Shown here: positions 59,943-63,750 of the stretch, in pieces
How positions within the stretch are numbered: the first letter of the stretch is position 1
Layout of the letters: each line of letters opens with the position of its first letter
Source of the DNA: a virus
Virus record (IMG/VR): IMGVR_UViG_3300045988_109082
Length of the DNA: 63,750 bases
Strand: one strand, 5' to 3'
Program-made: the position numbers and the translations under genes
The notes under the pieces: generated by a model
Databases searched by the model: none
The model's input: the letters and a program-made list of their open reading frames with translations, nothing else
What the model was told of the DNA's origin: nothing

Positions 59943-61334
59943 TCACGCCTTCCATTCGATCTGCTTCAGGCCAAGCCCGTCGCTTATCGTCTCCATGCCT
60001 CGCATCAAATCCTCCACCGGCACAGTGCGGTAATGCTCGCTCATGGCTATGCTCGAATGGCCGACGATGCGTTGGATGATGCCGGGATCAACCTTCATGT
60101 GGAACAGGAGCGATACGACGGAATTGCGGCATTCATGCCCGTACCGGTTCTCGTAGTCGGGTATGCCCGCCCTGCGCATGAGGTCGCGGAAACCGGCCCT
60201 GTCATCCAACGCGGCCAACGGCATACCCTCGCGCGTCCTGAATATCAGGTTATACGGGTTCGGGATGATATTCTCCGTGGCCTCCAGATACCGGTGCACG
60301 ACGGTGCCCAACTGGGGGATTATCGGCACAACCTTGCCTCTCGCGGACTTCGGCGGCGTCAAAGCGTACCCCTTGCACAGGTGTATCATGTCGTATCCGT
60401 CCGGCACCCTCCACCGGTATCGGGGACAGCTCGAAGGCCGTTTGAAGCCGCACGGGTATCTTCCGTCCCTGCCGGGCTCCCCACACCCATGCTCCTTGTC
60501 GAGGCTTTCCAGTTTCCAGTTCACCGTGTAGGTGCCTATCCATATCTCGCCGCTGTCCGGGGTTTCCAACGTCTTGTCCCGCCACAGGTCGAGATCGTCC
60601 AACGTGGCTCCCAGTATCTCCCCCTGCCTCATGCCGGTGAGCAGACGCCACCATTGGCGTGCCCCCAGAAACAGGTCGTCGGAGGACGCTTCGAGCATGT
60701 CCTGCATCTGCTCCACGGTGAACGCCTTGCGGTCCTGCGTGCCGCTGCGCCTGTCCGCCGACACGGCCACGGGCCCGTTGATGGTGCGCCGGTCCCCGGC
60801 CAATCCCATGTCCCTGCGTTTCGGCCTTGCCGCGCTGGTGACCGGACTGGTGGGTATCAGCCGGTCGGCCACCGCCGCCTTGAATATCTGGTTAAGGATG
60901 TTGTAGAAGCCAAGCTGCCGGTTGTACGAGCATGGGGTGCCGTCGAGGTTGCGCATGTTGGCTATCATGCGCTGCACCGCCGAGGCGGTCACTTCGCCCA
61001 GCTTCTCGTTCGCGTACTTGCACAGGTGCACGCTTATGAGGCTCGCGTAGTTGTTGATGGACTTGGGTTTCAGGTCGCGTCGTTTCAGCTCGAACCAGCG
61101 TTCCGCGTACTCGCCGAGCCGGGTGGCGCGGTCTACGCCCATGCCCCATTCGGTTTTCTCCTTGAGGGCTTCGGCTATTTTCCTGTCGCATTCCTTGTAG
61201 GTCTTGGCGGACACCCATCGGCCGTCCACCTTGGCCTGCCAGTTCACGTATGTCTTTACCGTGCCGTCCTTGAGTGTTTTCCGCTGCTCGTGGCGGATGG
61301 GGTAGACCGCTCCGGTTTTCCTTATCCTAGGCAT
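59943..61334 (-). CDS. int: Tyrosine integrase
   Basis: 463 aa. LTGMRQGEILG, HECRNS, IVGHSSIAMSEHY give the R...HxxR...H...Y pattern. Confidence 0.9.
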   Translation of the reverse strand: MPRIRKTGAVYPIRHEQRKTLKDGTVKTYVNWQAKVDGRWVSAKTYKECDRKIAEALKEKTEWGMGVDRATRLGEYAERWFELKRRDLKPKSINNYASLISVHLCKYANEKLGEVTASAVQRMIANMRNLDGTPCSYNRQLGFYNILNQIFKAAVADRLIPTSPVTSAARPKRRDMGLAGDRRTINGPVAVSADRRSGTQDRKAFTVEQMQDMLEASSDDLFLGARQWWRLLTGMRQGEILGATLDDLDLWRDKTLETPDSGEIWIGTYTVNWKLESLDKEHGCGEPGRDGRYPCGFKRPSSCPRYRWRVPDGYDMIHLCKGYALTPPKSARGKVVPIIPQLGTVVHRYLEATENIIPNPYNLIFRTREGMPLAALDDRAGFRDLMRRAGIPDYENRYGHECRNSVVSLLFHMKVDPGIIQRIVGHSSIAMSEHYRTVPVEDLMRGMETISDGLGLKQIEWKA

Positions 61335-61344
61335 TCAGCATCCT

Positions 61345-61369
61345 TCATTCTCCAACATTCTCCAACAAA
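61345..61369. repeat. 25-bp direct repeat copy 1 (TCATTCTCCAACATTCTCCAACAAA), itself a tandem CATTCTCCAA x2
   Basis: Identical to 61589..61613. Lies 11 nt upstream of the int start codon. Confidence 0.9.
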
Positions 61370-61588
61370 CAATCCGTGGCGAATGGTATTCCAATGGTAT
61401 ACCAATCGTATCAAATCGTTGGAATTCCGCCGTTCTTTCCGTGGGAGCCGTTGATTTCATTATACGTTACTGGATGTGGAAGGTGTGCTGAAACGCCCGC
61501 TGATTAGACATTGAGACCCCTTGCGAACGCCAATGTTTGCAAGGGGTCTCGTCGTATCTCGGGGTAAGATTTCCGGCGTCTAGGAATG

Positions 61589-61613
61589 TCATTCTCCAAC
61601 ATTCTCCAACAAA
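61589..61613. repeat. 25-bp direct repeat copy 2
   Basis: Identical to 61345..61369. Confidence 0.9.
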
Positions 61614-61924
61614 TCTTCGGATTGAGTTGCGGAACGGTTTCGGCGTGGCGAAAATCGACGGTGATTGCCGATGGGAAAAAATCCGCGAAGCGCTCTAGTT
61701 ATATATCTCTATCAATAACTTGTTTATTACCTATATAAGGTTAGTGCTGCTGAAATACCATCAGATAGGCTGTAGCAATAATGCAAAGTATTGCTGCTGA
61801 GATATTGTGTGCTATGGTAGTAGACATAAAAGAAAACGCCTCCCGGTGCTGGAACACCGAGAGGCACAAAGGAAAACGATGCAACATTTTCCGCGTCCAG
61901 ATTACCGCTAGGCGTGGAGGAAAG

Positions 61925-62410
61925 ATGGAGACCTTGGGATACCGTAACGCACAAAAAGTCATGCGCCTATCAGCCGAAGGAAAATTCCTCACCATGTTTC
62001 GAGGTAACCCCACGCCCAACATGACGGCATACGCCATGATGCTCACTATGGCCGAGATCACCTATGATTGGCCGCCCACCGAGGAAAACCAACGCAAAGG
62101 TCTGCCGAGCCGTGTCTACGAACGCGGGTGGGGGCATCTTGCAGAACAGTTCAGCATGGGAATCCTCAGCCATGAGGCCCTACAGCGCGAAGATAACGGA
62201 CGACTGATTGTCTCAAGGCGACAGTCGGCGATACAGCGTATAAGCCAGACTGGCATGTTCTTACAGTCACAAGGGCTTATCAAAAAAATACGCAAGGAGG
62301 ACGTGCGTAGGGAGATTCCCGCAGCATGGCTGCTGCTTATCGGTGACGATGAAGAGAACCGTGAGGTTGAAGCCTATGCGAGGGAATGCCTGGGCCTGAG
62401 CTCCTGTTAA
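61925..62410 (+). CDS. Hypothetical winged-helix-like protein
   Basis: 161 aa from METLGYRN behind GGAGGAAAG. Confidence 0.6.
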   Translation: METLGYRNAQKVMRLSAEGKFLTMFRGNPTPNMTAYAMMLTMAEITYDWPPTEENQRKGLPSRVYERGWGHLAEQFSMGILSHEALQREDNGRLIVSRRQSAIQRISQTGMFLQSQGLIKKIRKEDVRREIPAAWLLLIGDDEENREVEAYARECLGLSSC

Positions 62411-62455
62411 CGTTGAACATATAGGATATCAGGTCAATACCGGGAAGGAGAAGTC

Positions 62456-62950
62456 ATGACCCTACTGTGGCAGGATGCGCGCCGCAAAGCGCAAGAAACC
62501 CTTGACAATTACTGGGACCACTCCTATCCGGTCAAGATCGTGAGCATATGCAAGGCCATGGGTGTCACGCCCTACACCGGTGAGCTTCCCGAAGGTGTCA
62601 GCGGCATGATAGTCAAGGAACACAGCAGCGAGCCCCGAGCCTACACGGAACGCACCGAACCACAGACAAGACGCAGGTTCACGCTCGCACACGAACTGGG
62701 GCATTTCGTGGAACGAGTCACCATAGCGCAGGACAACGATTTCGCTTTCATGGACAAACGTTCCGACGATTACGACATCCACGAATTCTACGCGGACGAG
62801 TTCGCCGGTGCGCTGCTCATGCCCGAACACGATTTCATCCAGAAAGTCAAGAACGATGGGATGATCGCGGCCGCAGCATATTTCGGCGTCTCGCTGGCCG
62901 CGGTTCGAAAACGCATGGAACGGTTGCGCAAGCACGGGGCCGACATCTGA
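62456..62950 (+). CDS. ImmA/IrrE-family metallopeptidase (second copy)
   Basis: 164 aa. Motifs FTLAHELGHFV and EFYADEFAGALLMP. Confidence 0.75.
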   Translation: MTLLWQDARRKAQETLDNYWDHSYPVKIVSICKAMGVTPYTGELPEGVSGMIVKEHSSEPRAYTERTEPQTRRRFTLAHELGHFVERVTIAQDNDFAFMDKRSDDYDIHEFYADEFAGALLMPEHDFIQKVKNDGMIAAAAYFGVSLAAVRKRMERLRKHGADI

Positions 62951-62951
62951 C

Positions 62952-63377
62952 ATGGCGGATTATGACGACACCGGTTTCGACGCTGTGGAATCGCCGGACG
63001 CGGACCTAGACGCGGTATCCGGCATATCCTCCACGGATGCGAGCAAGACCGTGGCTGCGGCGAAAGTGGTTGAGGAAAACGATCCGTTGGATTCGCCTCA
63101 AGCCAAGCAATCGAATGATGTCGCTGATGCGGACCAGTTCGTGCGTATGGCGCGATGGCGTCCGTTCATGCACCTGTTCCACGACTGTGCGACCTCGACG
63201 CATCTGGATAAGAATAGGGGTGAAAGAATGCGGGTGTTCGCGCGGGAGCATCCATTGTTCCTTAGAGCATGTCTGCTAGGAGACTACGTTTTCGTCGCGG
63301 TCTGCGCTCTGATAGTCGCGCTTGCATTGGCGTATGCCTTGGCCCGTGTGGTCGGTGTTCCTTTGCCATGGGCTTGA
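62952..63377 (+). CDS. Acidic protein with a C-terminal TM anchor
   Basis: 141 aa. C-terminal YVFVAVCALIVALALAYALARVV. Confidence 0.65.
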   Translation: MADYDDTGFDAVESPDADLDAVSGISSTDASKTVAAAKVVEENDPLDSPQAKQSNDVADADQFVRMARWRPFMHLFHDCATSTHLDKNRGERMRVFAREHPLFLRACLLGDYVFVAVCALIVALALAYALARVVGVPLPWA

Positions 63378-63396
63378 ACTTGGTTTTGAATACGCG

Positions 63397-63447
63397 AAAA
63401 CCGCCCCTCCGTCCAGCGTTATGCCGGATGGAGGGGCGGTGTTTATT
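63397..63447. terminator. Bidirectional terminator between the lysogeny and lysis modules
   Basis: AAAA-CCGCCCCTCCGTCC-11 nt-GGATGGAGGGGCGG-TGTTTATT. Confidence 0.75.
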
Positions 63448-63455
63448 CGCTGCGG

Positions 63456-63728
63456 CTACTTGCCGGCCATGCGTACGGGGTTGTATGCGACTCCGAATCC
63501 TGCGGCGATGATGCCTGCGGCGGTACTGATGAAACCGCCGATTTCGGGGGAGCCGAAGCTCATGAACCCGAGTCCGATGACCGAGGCGACGAGCGTGACC
63601 ACGTAGATGACGGTGCGCACCGTGTCATTGAATACGGGAGTGTACGGCGTGGCCGTATGGTCGGGAATATTGGGCGTGCCGGTTTCCGTGATTTCTTCGA
63701 GTTGGGTGTCCGGCGTGTTGTCGGTCAT
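63456..63728 (-). CDS. Holin-like protein (two TM segments)
   Basis: 90 aa. TM1 VIYVVTLVASVIGLGFMSF, TM2 IGGFISTAAGIIAAGFGVAY. Immediately downstream of the endolysin on the circular map. Confidence 0.65.
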   Translation of the reverse strand: MTDNTPDTQLEEITETGTPNIPDHTATPYTPVFNDTVRTVIYVVTLVASVIGLGFMSFGSPEIGGFISTAAGIIAAGFGVAYNPVRMAGK

Positions 63729-63750
63729 GTTTTGCTCCGATCAAAAAAAT
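63632..63750. repeat. Terminal direct repeat copy 2, identical to 1..119
   Basis: See 1..119. Confidence 0.95.

Larger units (their letters stand above)
61335..61620. other. Candidate attP region
   Basis: Adjacent to int. 25-bp direct repeats 244 bp apart. ~11-bp periodic repeats GGTAT.CCAAT at 61384-61427. 12-bp hairpin at 61513-61550. Confidence 0.45.

Overview
The window is a complete, circularly closed genome of a temperate siphovirus-type phage. Bases 1-119 are identical to 63632-63750, so the unique length is 63,631 bp. The host is probably a high-GC Gram-positive actinobacterium, judged from two WhiB genes, a DivIVA-domain micro-protein and AAGGAG-type ribosome-binding sites (RBS). 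Layout: (i) 63728 wrapping to 164, then up to 26880, minus strand, holds the late operon. In transcription order it reads two HNH genes, TerS, TerL, portal, MuF-like, scaffold, capsid, head-tail connectors, major tail, G/GT chaperones with a GGGAAAA -1 frameshift, a 1954-aa tape measure, tail tip, a modular fibre locus, a GH25 endolysin and a holin. (ii) 26992-27674 holds four minus-strand tRNA genes, two of them non-canonical, followed by a ~340-bp GT-rich, A-poor non-coding tract. (iii) 28386-35709, plus strand, is a lower-GC accessory island with its own promoter and operator. It has ~19 ORFs: two XRE regulators, a toxin/RHH pair, a lipoprotein, a very acidic protein, and the rest unknown. 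(iv) 57161 down to 35787, minus strand, is the early operon. It carries a Cro-like gene, Lar-like Zn-ribbon genes, a small-TM/SPFH pair flanked by two tRNA-like RNAs, a RecE-like nuclease, ERF, SSB, HNH, MazG, two WhiB genes, a resolvase, a replisome organiser with internal iterons, a Bro/KilAC antirepressor and a radical-SAM gene. (v) 57235-63377 is the lysogeny region: CI-like repressor plus ImmA, two membrane/lipoprotein morons, the int-PanA-unknown toxin operon, a candidate attP, and a wHTH/ImmA-like/membrane trio. The strongest hunt results come first. The tail-fibre locus is built from split Big_2 half-domains, and each of its two distal modules carries a G9 or G10 tract. Two tRNA-like elements bracket the SPFH operon. 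A Panacea antitoxin is paired with an unrecognised partner. No search tools were run: every product call rests on motifs read by eye, and all coordinates and structures were derived by hand.
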